A stretch of DNA of 64,000 nucleotides, taken from a virus. This document shows positions 18,346-27,576 of this stretch, in pieces (the first letter of the stretch is position 1; each line of letters opens with the position of its first letter). The position numbers were made by a program, and so were the translations under genes. The stretch is taken from positions 8,993 to 72,992 of the IMG/VR virus record IMGVR_UViG_3300004184_000006; one strand, 5' to 3'. A model generated the notes under the pieces. It ran no database searches. It was not told where the DNA came from and saw nothing but the letters and a program-made list of their open reading frames with translations.

Positions 18346-18987
18346 TTATTTATCAACTTTAACAGTCATTTGACCAATAGCAATCGAAAAGGTGTTGGTG
18401 TTAAGTACAGATTGCGCAACGGTAAAGCCGCCGTACCGTATTAAGTTACCAACAGTCGCGGCATCGTAAAGTGCAAAACCCCAGATTTTTTCGGGGTCAG
18501 TTGTCCAGTTGGCGTTGGCCTGCGTCCAATTGATCGCTCCGTTATTAGACGTTGTTCCAGTTGTGCCGCTTGAAGCTGTCGTTGTGCCTGCGCCTTGTGT
18601 GCCTGCCCACGCCGCCAAAGTCCCAGCAACCGCTACCCTAGCATACGCACCGCCAGATACCTCATTCATGGCAGTGTTAGCTGCCAGTGCCGCTGATTGC
18701 TCAGTCAAAACTGCCGTGCCATCGGTAATCGCTTCATCTGTTACACCCAAATAAGATGGCGCACCAGCGGCTGTTGTACCCCCTGTTGTTACCTTGTAAA
18801 GATGATTGGCTCCATCGGCTGTTACAACACACACGGTATCATTCAAAGCATACAGTGTTGAACGCGCTACCGTGCCTTTTGTACATTTAAGCAATGCCAC
18901 ATAGAGGTTAGACACAGGTGTATAAGCTTGTCCGCGCAATTGCGCATCAATAAGTCTGTTTTTTTCGTAATTTGATATAGCTGTCAT
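18346..18987 (-). CDS. Small phage fibre subunit
   Basis: ISNYEKNRLIDAQLRG...LYVALL...EVSGGAYARVAV...FALYDAATVGNL, a widespread phage fibre family pattern. Confidence 0.7.
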   Translation of the reverse strand: MTAISNYEKNRLIDAQLRGQAYTPVSNLYVALLKCTKGTVARSTLYALNDTVCVVTADGANHLYKVTTGGTTAAGAPSYLGVTDEAITDGTAVLTEQSAALAANTAMNEVSGGAYARVAVAGTLAAWAGTQGAGTTTASSGTTGTTSNNGAINWTQANANWTTDPEKIWGFALYDAATVGNLIRYGGFTVAQSVLNTNTFSIAIGQMTVKVDK

Positions 18988-18988
18988 G

Positions 18989-19408
18989 TTAATAAATTCC
19001 TAGGTTAAAAATGTATGATTGTGTTGTTGTTAAATCGCCGTGCAAATAAAACCCAACTAGCGTATCAGTTGCCAAGACAAAGCCGTCTGTCGCTACCTGC
19101 AATGGGGTTCCTGTTCTTGTAAGTGTTTTTATCACCGTGCCATCTGGCTTTTTTATATCCAGAGTGGCAATGGTTGTTTCGAGTGATGTGCCGAAAGCTG
19201 CTGTAAATACGGTATAAGTTCCAGCGGGGAGCATAAACTCATCGACCAACAATGGTGAGACACCAGCAACCCCACGATTTAAGGCGCGGCTGTTGTAATA
19301 ATTACCCGCATCACCCTTGTCGCCTTTGTCACCTTTTATGCCAATATTAACCTGTGCCATTACAACGGTTTTTCCTCCGTCTGGAGCTTGAACTAAAAAC
19401 TTGCTCAT
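18989..19408 (-). CDS. Fibre protein with short collagen-like stretch
   Basis: GIKGDKGDKGDAG. Confidence 0.6.
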   Translation of the reverse strand: MSKFLVQAPDGGKTVVMAQVNIGIKGDKGDKGDAGNYYNSRALNRGVAGVSPLLVDEFMLPAGTYTVFTAAFGTSLETTIATLDIKKPDGTVIKTLTRTGTPLQVATDGFVLATDTLVGFYLHGDLTTTQSYIFNLGIY

Positions 19409-19725
19409 TGAGTAATTGACCTCACTACGTTAATTGTCGCTGTCTCTGTGTGCCTTACCACGCCACCTACAATTTCCTTTAAATCCCAGCTAAGCAAGCC
19501 AATTGGCCAGCTACCAGTTCCGTCAGTTGCCGTAATCGTAAACGTGCCAGCGGGCGAACTTAAAACTGCTATCGTCAAAGTGGCTACCAATTTATCACCC
19601 TTTTCTCTAACTTGAGAGGTTAGCGTAACGCCCGATAGTGACTTTGGCGTTACGCCGTCATTCTCAAGATACTGGCAAGTCAAAACAAATGTTTCACCCC
19701 TTTTTATCTCGATAGTTTCTGGCAT
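19405..19725 (-). CDS. Fibre attachment/adaptor protein (BppU-N-like beta sandwich)
   Basis: IEIKRGETF...SLSGVTLTSQVR...WDLKE...TETATINVVRSIT. Confidence 0.6.
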   Translation of the reverse strand: MPETIEIKRGETFVLTCQYLENDGVTPKSLSGVTLTSQVREKGDKLVATLTIAVLSSPAGTFTITATDGTGSWPIGLLSWDLKEIVGGVVRHTETATINVVRSITQ

Positions 19726-19727
19726 TA

Positions 19728-20087
19728 CTAAGCGACTCCCTCAATTTCAGCCAAGTCTGCACATTTGATGCAGGCGGCTTTTAATGCCGCATCAAGCAGG
19801 CTATCACCACTTATCACCTCACGGCTTAGTCGGTCTACCTCGGCTTTAATCTTTGTGAATACGCCAATTGCACCTAGGGCATCGTGTATGCCGTTGGCTA
19901 TTTGCTGAAATAGGTTTTGCTCTGCTTCGGGAACCGATACCGACTCACCTAGCTTCTTAAGGCATACGATTACCTCGCTTTGCGATGATCTTTTGTCCGA
20001 AAAAGTAAGTTTTCCACTGGCGATTTTAGATAAGTTATCGGCAATAGTTTTTTGTAATGCTCTTTTTTCACTAAATGACAATGCCAT
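19728..20087 (-). CDS. Hypothetical protein, DdrA-like by size and position
   Basis: 119 aa immediately after darA; internal LSFSEKR/LTFSDKR repeat. Confidence 0.45.
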   Translation of the reverse strand: MALSFSEKRALQKTIADNLSKIASGKLTFSDKRSSQSEVIVCLKKLGESVSVPEAEQNLFQQIANGIHDALGAIGVFTKIKAEVDRLSREVISGDSLLDAALKAACIKCADLAEIEGVA

Positions 20088-20090
20088 GAC

Positions 20091-23000
20091 TTATGCCGCC
20101 TTTTTCAGTAGTTCGGTTAGTAAATCGGCCAGCTCATTAAGCTGTGTGTCGTATTGCTCCATGAGTCCAGCGGCTTCTAATTTTCCAGCCAGTTCATCTA
20201 ACTTGTCATTGAATACCGTGTAGTCGGTTTCACCCCGCAACGCTTCAATATCGGCATCGAATGAGTTTACAGGCGTTTCGACTACTGGCAACTCTGGTTG
20301 TGGCTCTGGTGTTGGTGTTGGTGTAGGTTCTGGCATATTAGCCCTCTTGTTTTCCAGGTCATAAGCAAGCTGACTGGCAGTTTTAATCTCAGTGCCTAAC
20401 AGAAGGTTAGTTGAGTAAATGGCATTATCGGTCAACTGTCTTTGCCATGCGCTGTTAGTTGGCGACCACTTAAAGCCGCTTGATTTTAGCTTGGCAATCA
20501 TCTCTCTATCTGGCTTGGTGTCGAAATTAACTCGTAGCCTGTCATCGCCATAATCAAGGTCAACCGTGCCGCCGTCAAAGTCGTAGCTAGTTTCACGATC
20601 ACCGCTTGCCGCCATTGATGCTGATAATTCACGTTTTTTAAGTTCATCAATACGGTTTTTGGTGTTTTTGATGGTGGCGTTGTTGTTGGTTAGCTCGTAA
20701 GCCGCATAGCCGTTAGCCATCCCATCCTTCCATCGCTCTGAAATATCCAGCTTAGATGCTTCCGCACCAAAGCCCGCGTCAGTCAACTTAGCGCGTTTTT
20801 GGTCATCGCTTAGCGTTTTGCTTTTGATGATTTTATTAACGGCTTTCATGCGGTCCTGCATTCCCTGCAATCGGCTTAGCTTAAGTTCTTGCTGTTGGAT
20901 TTCAGTTAGCGGTTTGGCGGGTTCTACTGCTGCCGCTGGCACTACCGTTACCGCTGGTTTTGTTTTCCAATCAGGAAAATCACCCTCAACAACTTCCGAT
21001 TCAACAAATGAGGCATAAGCGTCATCAATCTGGCTTTTAATCTTGCCGATCTCGTCGGTCATGATGTTTTCAGGCGGACGGACAGCACTGCCCTTGCTGT
21101 TAATGCTGATTGCCGCCTCGCCATTGTCGTTAATTTCAACATAGCCAACCACACCCCCATCTTTAGTGCCAAATTGACCGACCACGCCATTTAAGACTGA
21201 ATCAAAGATACTTTCACTAACAGCACCGTTAAAATCGCCCCATGACACTACACCATCATGCTGTTTGATTATTTTCTCGATAATCCACGCGGTTCTGGTT
21301 TTTTCTGATACTTGGTCAATATCAAGGGTTTCTTTTTCGTCGTCGTCATCATTGACGGCTTCAAACATTGAGTAAAACTCAAATGGTATGGGTATGCTCT
21401 CAGAACCCTCAGTGAACGCCACCAATTCATAAGCCTGTCTGAGTTTTTCAGGCGTTATGTTTTTGTTCTTTGTTAATCCAGCATAAACATCCGTTTCGTC
21501 AAGTTCGCTATCAATGCCAAAATAATCACCTACCAACAGCATTAAATCGGTATCTCTATGTCCGTCAATAATAGCTTTTTTGACTTCTTCGTCTGACATT
21601 GTAGGCGTGGTTTTATCCATTTCAGGATAAACAGCCGATTGCTTACTTAAAAACTCATCCACAACAGGCTTAATCACATTAGCCACGAATGCTTTAACGT
21701 CCAAGTCGAAAGGTAGCGCAAAACCCCATGATTTAAGGTCTTCTAGGGTTTTGGTTGAGTCGAAGTGATTGCGATTAATGCCAGTCGTTTCATCCATTGT
21801 TTCAAATGTTACTTTATATCCATATCTATCTTGAACTTCAATTTGCACCCAGCTATTGTTATCAAGCACTATTGCTACGCCTTGACCTGCAAGTGTCTCT
21901 TGCCTTTCAAACAATGGATTTATAGATAATATTTCAGCAAAAAAAGCTTCTTTTACACTTTCCATAATCGCCTTTAAAGACTTATGCGCAATATCCTTAA
22001 TTTCATGACTTGTCGGATTAGCCGATAAATAAGCAATCGCTTTTTTCTTAATCGCTGCGCTGATATTTGCGGCTTCGATGTTCGACTTGGCAACGGGGTC
22101 TATGCCTTGAGCTGGTTGTGCAGGATTTATTTCGCCTTTAATCTGATTAATTTCTGGTATTTCACCGTTATTTATATTAATAAGCATATCTACAATTGCT
22201 TTATCAGGTGTTTCAAACGAAGCAGAGTAATAACTATTACCTTCATTATCAACAAATCTTATGCTGTAATCTTTTGATTTTGGTGAGTAATTGCAAGTAA
22301 ATACCGCGTCAATCATTCTGTATCTGAATGATATTGACTCGTCGCTAATTGTTTTTAGCTGCTCATTTCCAGAGCTAACAACAGCATCAATCATATTTTG
22401 AACAATGTTTTTTTGCTCAGATAGCTCTGGGGAAACCTCTGGATTAACTACCTCCTCTGGAAACCCATTACCATAATCAACACCATAATCAGGAAAGTTA
22501 GGATCGTCCTTAATAGCTACAACCTCATTATCAATATCAAGGTATTCAGTACCATCTGCACTTTGCCAATTGCCATCTTCATTGCGCATTATTTCAACAG
22601 TGCCGTTGTCTGGATCGTTATAAGTATGCGTGGCAATAAATCCGCCGCCAGCCGTAGCAGGGTTAATGACTTGCTCAACCTCTTTATCATCGGCGGCTTG
22701 CTTAGCTATCTCATAATCAGCTTGTGCCTGTGCCAATTCTGATTCCAGTGTACCGATTTCGGTTTTTAGGTCAGTGATAGCCTGATTTTGCTCGGAAACT
22801 TTCCCGTTTGCACGCTGGAACGCCGCGCTGTTCTTTTCTGCCAGAATCATAATGCGCTTTGCTACATCCATAGGCTTTAAATCTTCGCCTTTTTCTGGAG
22901 CAACAATGATAGTAATGTCCTTTTTATTCAGCATCCACTTCCATGCAATAACGGTATCTGCTGGGGTTATTTTTGCAGGGGTTGAATCTGGGTTGTGAAA

Positions 23001-23930
23001 AACGATTGAAATTGTCTGCCCATCGGTTAGATTGAACAGTGCGGTAAGCATGGTAACGCCGTCTTTTTTATATGGCCCGATAATCTGCGGCGATGCTTCG
23101 CCTTCTGCTGGCTCAGCTACCTTTAACTCAGTGCCAGCACGATTAAACGCTCCACGCACCACGCCCATTCTGCGCTCCAATTGAGCATAGGGCATATTCA
23201 GAGAGTCAAGGAATGCGCTTTCTGGCAACATGCAGTCGCCATAATCATGATAAATGTCGTCTGCATTAATGGAATCCAACAGCAAGCCGTCATCTTTATC
23301 AATAGCCTGCATTTCATAAACGATGCGAGCGGTAGTTGTGCCAATCGGCATACCTTCTGGAGTCCAGTGAATCTGTTTCATTTGTTCGATCTCTGTAATT
23401 GGTAAATTATCGGCGGCAATCGGCTTGGTCATATCGCCGTGCTTAAGCCATTGCTTGAATTGTTTAATCGTTAGTTCAACCATGCTATGTAATCCGTTCC
23501 AATCACGGCTATAACTCAACTGGTAATCACTTTTTGCAAAGGATTCACCAAGATAGCAAAGCATTACCTTGTGTTCGTCGAATTTGCCATTGACGTATTG
23601 GTTAATCACATAAATACGGTCTGATTGCGGGTAACTGCCGATAAAGCAATCAAGATGATCGCCGTCATTGCCAGTTGTATTAAGTATGTAGCCATAATTA
23701 GCGGCCAATCTACATGCCCAGCTTTTGCCGTTTTTGTCTACGCCAGTTCGCAACGAGTATTGCGGTTGCTCAATGGCAATGCGTAACCCGTGCAGGTTGA
23801 ACTTGCCTTTTTTATAGTTCCCAGCTTCAACTTGCTTATCAGTTGGCAATGGCAATGGGTTATTGCCAAATGCCCCACTGTGGGCAGCGTTGTCTATTTT
23901 TATGAATGTATCTGAACTAGGAGCTGCCAT
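20091..23930 (-). CDS. darA: DarA-like polyvalent virion protein (inorganic-pyrophosphatase-like N-domain + DarA N-domain + inserted domains + DarA C-domain)
   Basis: NYKKG...YGYILNTTGNDGDHLDCFIG...FDEHKVML (InPase-like); LTDGQTISIVFHNPD...WKWMLNKKDITIIVAPEKG (DarA-N); helical C-terminus LEAAGLMEQYDTQLNELADLLT. Confidence 0.8.
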   Translation of the reverse strand: MAAPSSDTFIKIDNAAHSGAFGNNPLPLPTDKQVEAGNYKKGKFNLHGLRIAIEQPQYSLRTGVDKNGKSWACRLAANYGYILNTTGNDGDHLDCFIGSYPQSDRIYVINQYVNGKFDEHKVMLCYLGESFAKSDYQLSYSRDWNGLHSMVELTIKQFKQWLKHGDMTKPIAADNLPITEIEQMKQIHWTPEGMPIGTTTARIVYEMQAIDKDDGLLLDSINADDIYHDYGDCMLPESAFLDSLNMPYAQLERRMGVVRGAFNRAGTELKVAEPAEGEASPQIIGPYKKDGVTMLTALFNLTDGQTISIVFHNPDSTPAKITPADTVIAWKWMLNKKDITIIVAPEKGEDLKPMDVAKRIMILAEKNSAAFQRANGKVSEQNQAITDLKTEIGTLESELAQAQADYEIAKQAADDKEVEQVINPATAGGGFIATHTYNDPDNGTVEIMRNEDGNWQSADGTEYLDIDNEVVAIKDDPNFPDYGVDYGNGFPEEVVNPEVSPELSEQKNIVQNMIDAVVSSGNEQLKTISDESISFRYRMIDAVFTCNYSPKSKDYSIRFVDNEGNSYYSASFETPDKAIVDMLININNGEIPEINQIKGEINPAQPAQGIDPVAKSNIEAANISAAIKKKAIAYLSANPTSHEIKDIAHKSLKAIMESVKEAFFAEILSINPLFERQETLAGQGVAIVLDNNSWVQIEVQDRYGYKVTFETMDETTGINRNHFDSTKTLEDLKSWGFALPFDLDVKAFVANVIKPVVDEFLSKQSAVYPEMDKTTPTMSDEEVKKAIIDGHRDTDLMLLVGDYFGIDSELDETDVYAGLTKNKNITPEKLRQAYELVAFTEGSESIPIPFEFYSMFEAVNDDDDEKETLDIDQVSEKTRTAWIIEKIIKQHDGVVSWGDFNGAVSESIFDSVLNGVVGQFGTKDGGVVGYVEINDNGEAAISINSKGSAVRPPENIMTDEIGKIKSQIDDAYASFVESEVVEGDFPDWKTKPAVTVVPAAAVEPAKPLTEIQQQELKLSRLQGMQDRMKAVNKIIKSKTLSDDQKRAKLTDAGFGAEASKLDISERWKDGMANGYAAYELTNNNATIKNTKNRIDELKKRELSASMAASGDRETSYDFDGGTVDLDYGDDRLRVNFDTKPDREMIAKLKSSGFKWSPTNSAWQRQLTDNAIYSTNLLLGTEIKTASQLAYDLENKRANMPEPTPTPTPEPQPELPVVETPVNSFDADIEALRGETDYTVFNDKLDELAGKLEAAGLMEQYDTQLNELADLLTELLKKAA

Positions 23931-23960
23931 GATGTACTATCGCCTTAATATTGTGACGAT

Positions 23961-24000
23961 ATTTTAGGCATTATGAGAGGGGTGGAATGATGGGTTTTTC
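23961..24000 (-). promoter_or_regulatory. Late promoter 3 (darA operon)
   Basis: GAAAAACCC (24000-23992), 25 nt, TAAAAT (23966-23961). Confidence 0.8.
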
Positions 24001-24015
24001 TTTTTCAACAGACAC

Positions 24016-24046
24016 AAAAAACCGCCTTGTTATCAGCGGTTTTTTT
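24016..24046. terminator. Intrinsic terminator upstream of late promoter 3
   Basis: AAAAAACCGC...GCGGTTTTTTT. Confidence 0.7.
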
Positions 24047-24081
24047 AATATGTTAGTGATTTTTTATTATCACTTACGCCA

Positions 24082-24621
24082 CTAAGCGGCTTTTTTTTCA
24101 GGATCAACCAGCTTAGCCGTCTCCTCTTTAACAATGGCAATCTGCTCTTTAAGACCATCGCGCTTTTCAGTCAGTTGAACAATCTGCTGTTTTTTTGACG
24201 TGGTTGTACTGGTGCGTGGCGTTGGGTCTTTCTTTTTAGCCATTGCCGCCTGAAACTTGGTGCGGCCAGCATTCATAATGCCGATAATTTCATCAACCGC
24301 CTTTTTCTGGTCATCCTGATTTTTAATAGGGGTGATCTTTTTGTTAATCACCACCTGAAAGACATCGCCGCTTTCTTTGATTCTGAGTACCAAAGATTGA
24401 GAGTCCAGAAATGCAATAGCAATCTCTCGATACTTAACGCCATTGGTACGTTTAACCTTGCTTATTTCAGCACTGGCGGCCTTTTCGTCTTCCTGCATGG
24501 TCTTGTTGCCAGCGCGGGTAAAGATGCCTGTAATCTGCTTTAGAGCCTTAGCCGCACCCTGTTCTGTTGCCAAGTCCGTCCATGAGAAAAGCGGGGTTTT
24601 GTCGTGTTTTACTGTATTCAT
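24082..24621 (-). CDS. hdf: Hdf (homologue of DarA fragment)
   Basis: VKRTNGVKYR...FLDSQSL...SGDVFQVVINKKITPIK, basic coiled-coil end; directly upstream of darA. Confidence 0.75.
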   Translation of the reverse strand: MNTVKHDKTPLFSWTDLATEQGAAKALKQITGIFTRAGNKTMQEDEKAASAEISKVKRTNGVKYREIAIAFLDSQSLVLRIKESGDVFQVVINKKITPIKNQDDQKKAVDEIIGIMNAGRTKFQAAMAKKKDPTPRTSTTTSKKQQIVQLTEKRDGLKEQIAIVKEETAKLVDPEKKAA

Positions 24622-25136
24622 TAGATTGGATTTCCTGTGTTTCCGCCGCCCGTTTGAACGCCACTATGCTTGTGTGCCGAACCTACGCTCACGCCGTTAT
24701 GTTTAAGTGTCGCGCTATTTATTGCTACATTGCCAGTTGCATTGATTGTCAAATCGCCTGACAAGGTAACGGTCAAATTAACCGCATTAAATGCCATTTC
24801 AGCATCGGCAACCAACTGTATGTTTTGATGGTGGAATCGCCGCCATCCGACATCGTTACCCGCTTTTGGGCAGCGATACCCAACTATGACGGGGTGGTTC
24901 TGATCGCCGTTGATAAACTCTACCCATATTAAATCATCGGGCAACAGTTCAATCTCAGTTGGCACAGTGCCTACCTTGGTTCGCGACTTATCACCAAGCG
25001 GGTAGCATATTTGCGCCTCTGGCAATACATCGCCGCCGTCCGTTATTTGCGGTATTTCTACCCGCGCAAGGCGAGTTGCCGCATCGTACACGCGAACTAC
25101 GGCGGGGTATTTGCCTAAAAACTGCTGTTCGCTCAT
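24621..25136 (-). CDS. Baseplate central spike (gpV/P1 gp5-like)
   Basis: OB-fold motif LIWVEFINGDQNHPVIVG and C-terminal HKHSGVQTGG metal-binding tip. Confidence 0.85.
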   Translation of the reverse strand: MSEQQFLGKYPAVVRVYDAATRLARVEIPQITDGGDVLPEAQICYPLGDKSRTKVGTVPTEIELLPDDLIWVEFINGDQNHPVIVGYRCPKAGNDVGWRRFHHQNIQLVADAEMAFNAVNLTVTLSGDLTINATGNVAINSATLKHNGVSVGSAHKHSGVQTGGGNTGNPI

Positions 25137-25140
25137 GCTA

Positions 25141-25389
25141 TTAAGCGGCCTTTGACCGTAGCCACATTACAGCAACACTGATTGCCGCATCTAGTACGCA
25201 CTCAAACACATCACCAAAAATGACTCTCAGGTCTTTTTTTACCTTGGCGTGCTTTTCGGCATTTGATAGCCCTGCTAGGTTTTCTGAGTCTTTAACAAAC
25301 ATCCGCACATCATTCCATAACCGCGCACCCAGTACGCCTTTCGCTAACTGGCTGATTGCCGCCTGCTTTAATTCAGGTATTAATTGCAT
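25141..25389 (-). CDS. Small protein of the lysis cassette
   Basis: ATG at 25389 coupled (TGATG) to the lipoprotein ORF; hydrophobic C-terminus. Confidence 0.55.
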   Translation of the reverse strand: MQLIPELKQAAISQLAKGVLGARLWNDVRMFVKDSENLAGLSNAEKHAKVKKDLRVIFGDVFECVLDAAISVAVMWLRSKAA

Positions 25390-25508
25390 CAAAACCTCAC
25401 ATCAATAATAGTAATGACAGGCACATCAAATGCACCTGTCTGAATATCGGATTGCGTTGTAGCACAGCCGCTAAGTAGTAAAGCCAGGCTATACGCCCAC
25501 TTTTTCAC
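25389..25508 (-). CDS. 39-aa lipoprotein, spanin candidate (absent from ORF track)
   Basis: GTG start; MKKWAYSLALLLSGC lipobox, then ATTQSDIQTGAFDVPVITIIDVRF. Confidence 0.65.
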   Translation of the reverse strand: MKKWAYSLALLLSGCATTQSDIQTGAFDVPVITIIDVRF

Positions 25509-25734
25509 TGGTTGCAGCCGTTAAATAGGCGTTCACCGCGCCGCCTAGGGTAGCCAATCCGTAGGCGATAGAGTTTAAATCGGTTTCTGGAATTTCGATA
25601 TTGCCAAACTTTAACCCCGCGCCGATGATAATTAGTAGTGCGTTCATCACCAACTGTCTGTTCTTCCATGCTGCCGATGACTTAAGGCTTTCGCCTGCTT
25701 TTAATGCGTCTAACGCTAAAAATATTTTTCCCAT
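25489..25734 (-). CDS. Putative holin
   Basis: 81 aa, two hydrophobic segments, directly after endolysin. Confidence 0.55.
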   Translation of the reverse strand: MGKIFLALDALKAGESLKSSAAWKNRQLVMNALLIIIGAGLKFGNIEIPETDLNSIAYGLATLGGAVNAYLTAATSEKVGV

Positions 25735-25743
25735 TTAATACAC

Positions 25744-26340
25744 CTACTTCAATAATTTGTAATACTTTTTAAAAAGGGCGATACGGTTATCTAAACCATG
25801 TGTCCTACCGTTTACCCGCTTAGTCACAGCGGTAATAACTTCCACTCGATCCCCTTTGTCGCAAATTGGTAAAATCTCTTTGATATGGAAAAACCAAGCG
25901 GCTGATAACAAGGGGTATTTAGTGGCAACCAAATCAGGATTTTTAACTAAATTGTCCATAGTTATATCGCTGAATAACCTGAAACTTTCTTTTCCAGTTA
26001 GCTGAATATAACCTTTTCCAGAATAGTGAAAGCCATCGCCGCTCGCTTCATTGCCGTTGCCCATGCGGTTAGCGTAAGCAATATTAGCAATCCGAACTGG
26101 CTTGCGAGCGCATTCATTGGCTAATTGACGATTAAAGTATTTAGGAAACACCTTAAGCAAGCCCTCTGCTGAATAGTTAAGGTTTTCTCTAATAGCAGTA
26201 AACCCAGCACTTTCGTGATGACACTGACTTAAAAAGTGTGCCAGTCGCAATGGGGTATTGATTTTGAATTTATCAATGACGGCGGGCAATTCTGCCATTA
26301 CCGATTTAGGGGCAACGCCCTGTAGTCCTTCGATGTTCAT
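25744..26340 (-). CDS. Glycoside hydrolase family 19 endolysin
   Basis: RLAHFLSQCHHESAGF...ENLNYS...GKGYIQLTGK...SAAWF...VTKRVNG. Confidence 0.92.
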   Translation of the reverse strand: MNIEGLQGVAPKSVMAELPAVIDKFKINTPLRLAHFLSQCHHESAGFTAIRENLNYSAEGLLKVFPKYFNRQLANECARKPVRIANIAYANRMGNGNEASGDGFHYSGKGYIQLTGKESFRLFSDITMDNLVKNPDLVATKYPLLSAAWFFHIKEILPICDKGDRVEVITAVTKRVNGRTHGLDNRIALFKKYYKLLK

Positions 26341-26369
26341 GCTAATACCGATAGTTTTTTGTTAGCGGT

Positions 26370-26409
26370 ATTTTATGGTGACTTTTGTAGGTGGAATGGT
26401 GGGTTTTTC
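26370..26409 (-). promoter_or_regulatory. Late promoter 4 (lysis operon)
   Basis: GAAAAACCC (26409-26401), 25 nt, TAAAAT (26375-26370). Confidence 0.8.
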
Positions 26410-26413
26410 CTGA

Positions 26414-27307
26414 TTAACTCGCTACATCCCCTAGCCATAATTTTGTATATTGCTCACTACCACTTGAGTCTAGGCCGCCCTCGAACACATGAGCTGCTGT
26501 AATAACTGCATATTGACCAACGCCCTGTATGTCTATCACATCTCCCGCACAAATACGGGTATCAAAGGCTATTTTATTAATCTCCTTACGCCTTACCAGT
26601 ACGCGCCCCATGTTCTGTAACTGCCTTTCATCCTTATTGGGTACAAAGGTAGATTTGCGGGTTTTTGTCTTGTTGCCATAAATGAAATTGCCGTTATCAT
26701 CAATCGAGTAAAACGTAGGAATTTCATGACGCTCTAAAAATCCGCTGTCAAAGTCCTTTACTGAGCTGTTTGGCAAGCTCATGACAGGGGTTTGCTTCAT
26801 CAAATCCTGCAATCTGAACAATGCCATTTTGCCATTTTTCCACCGAACAACCGCACCTTCTTCCTGTAAGGTCTTGGCAATATCAACCGTAGGATAATGG
26901 CCTGCATAGCAATAAAATCGCTTCACTGGCAGGTCGTTGTCGATAGCCTTTAAGGCTGCCCCGCTTGCTCGATAAATAGCCTGTATCGTGGTTTTTTCTT
27001 TGAGTATGGCGGTCTTTAGAATGAATGAAGCCTTGTAGACAGACTCCAGATAGGCGAATATCTCAATGAATGACATCTCATGTTCGCCTTGGCTTTGCCT
27101 GCCCGTTGGGGCTGCTGACTTGACGATATAAAATCGGTCGCTACCTGCGGTTATTGTTTGCCCTTCTGATAACAGCTTTCGCAATTCATTATCCACGCGA
27201 ATGATCGCGTGCAATGTAGCAGGAATGGGAACTAGGTCTGAACGCAGGACGGCTGATTTTATTAAATCGCCGCGAATTTGTTTACCGTTCGATGGTATTA
27301 GTATCAT
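26414..27307 (-). CDS. Baseplate hub protein (P1 gp6-like)
   Basis: 297 aa, LRSDLVPIPATL start, LQEEGAVV, VITAAH; near spike gene. Confidence 0.55.
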   Translation of the reverse strand: MILIPSNGKQIRGDLIKSAVLRSDLVPIPATLHAIIRVDNELRKLLSEGQTITAGSDRFYIVKSAAPTGRQSQGEHEMSFIEIFAYLESVYKASFILKTAILKEKTTIQAIYRASGAALKAIDNDLPVKRFYCYAGHYPTVDIAKTLQEEGAVVRWKNGKMALFRLQDLMKQTPVMSLPNSSVKDFDSGFLERHEIPTFYSIDDNGNFIYGNKTKTRKSTFVPNKDERQLQNMGRVLVRRKEINKIAFDTRICAGDVIDIQGVGQYAVITAAHVFEGGLDSSGSEQYTKLWLGDVAS

Positions 27308-27467
27308 TATTCACAGCAATAGGTTCAAAATCAGGGCAGTCTGCCGCCCGTTTCCCTTGCCCTTGCCCTTGGATAATCACCTTATCGGTTGTAAATACCT
27401 GAGTATGCTTAACGCAATCCATTTTTACAGGGCATGAGCCGTTAGTACAGAAAAACCTGCTTTTCAT
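27282..27467 (-). CDS. Small Cys-rich hypothetical protein
   Basis: FCTNGSCPVKMDC...CPDF. Confidence 0.45.
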   Translation of the reverse strand: MKSRFFCTNGSCPVKMDCVKHTQVFTTDKVIIQGQGQGKRAADCPDFEPIAVNNDTNTIER

Positions 27468-27576
27468 TGGTAACGCCTTTTTTTCCAGTTGCTATATGTC
27501 TTTTCACGCCCGCTAAATATAAAAAATATCAGCGTACAAAAGAGCAATACTATGAATATTGCAGTAGGGAAAAGCC

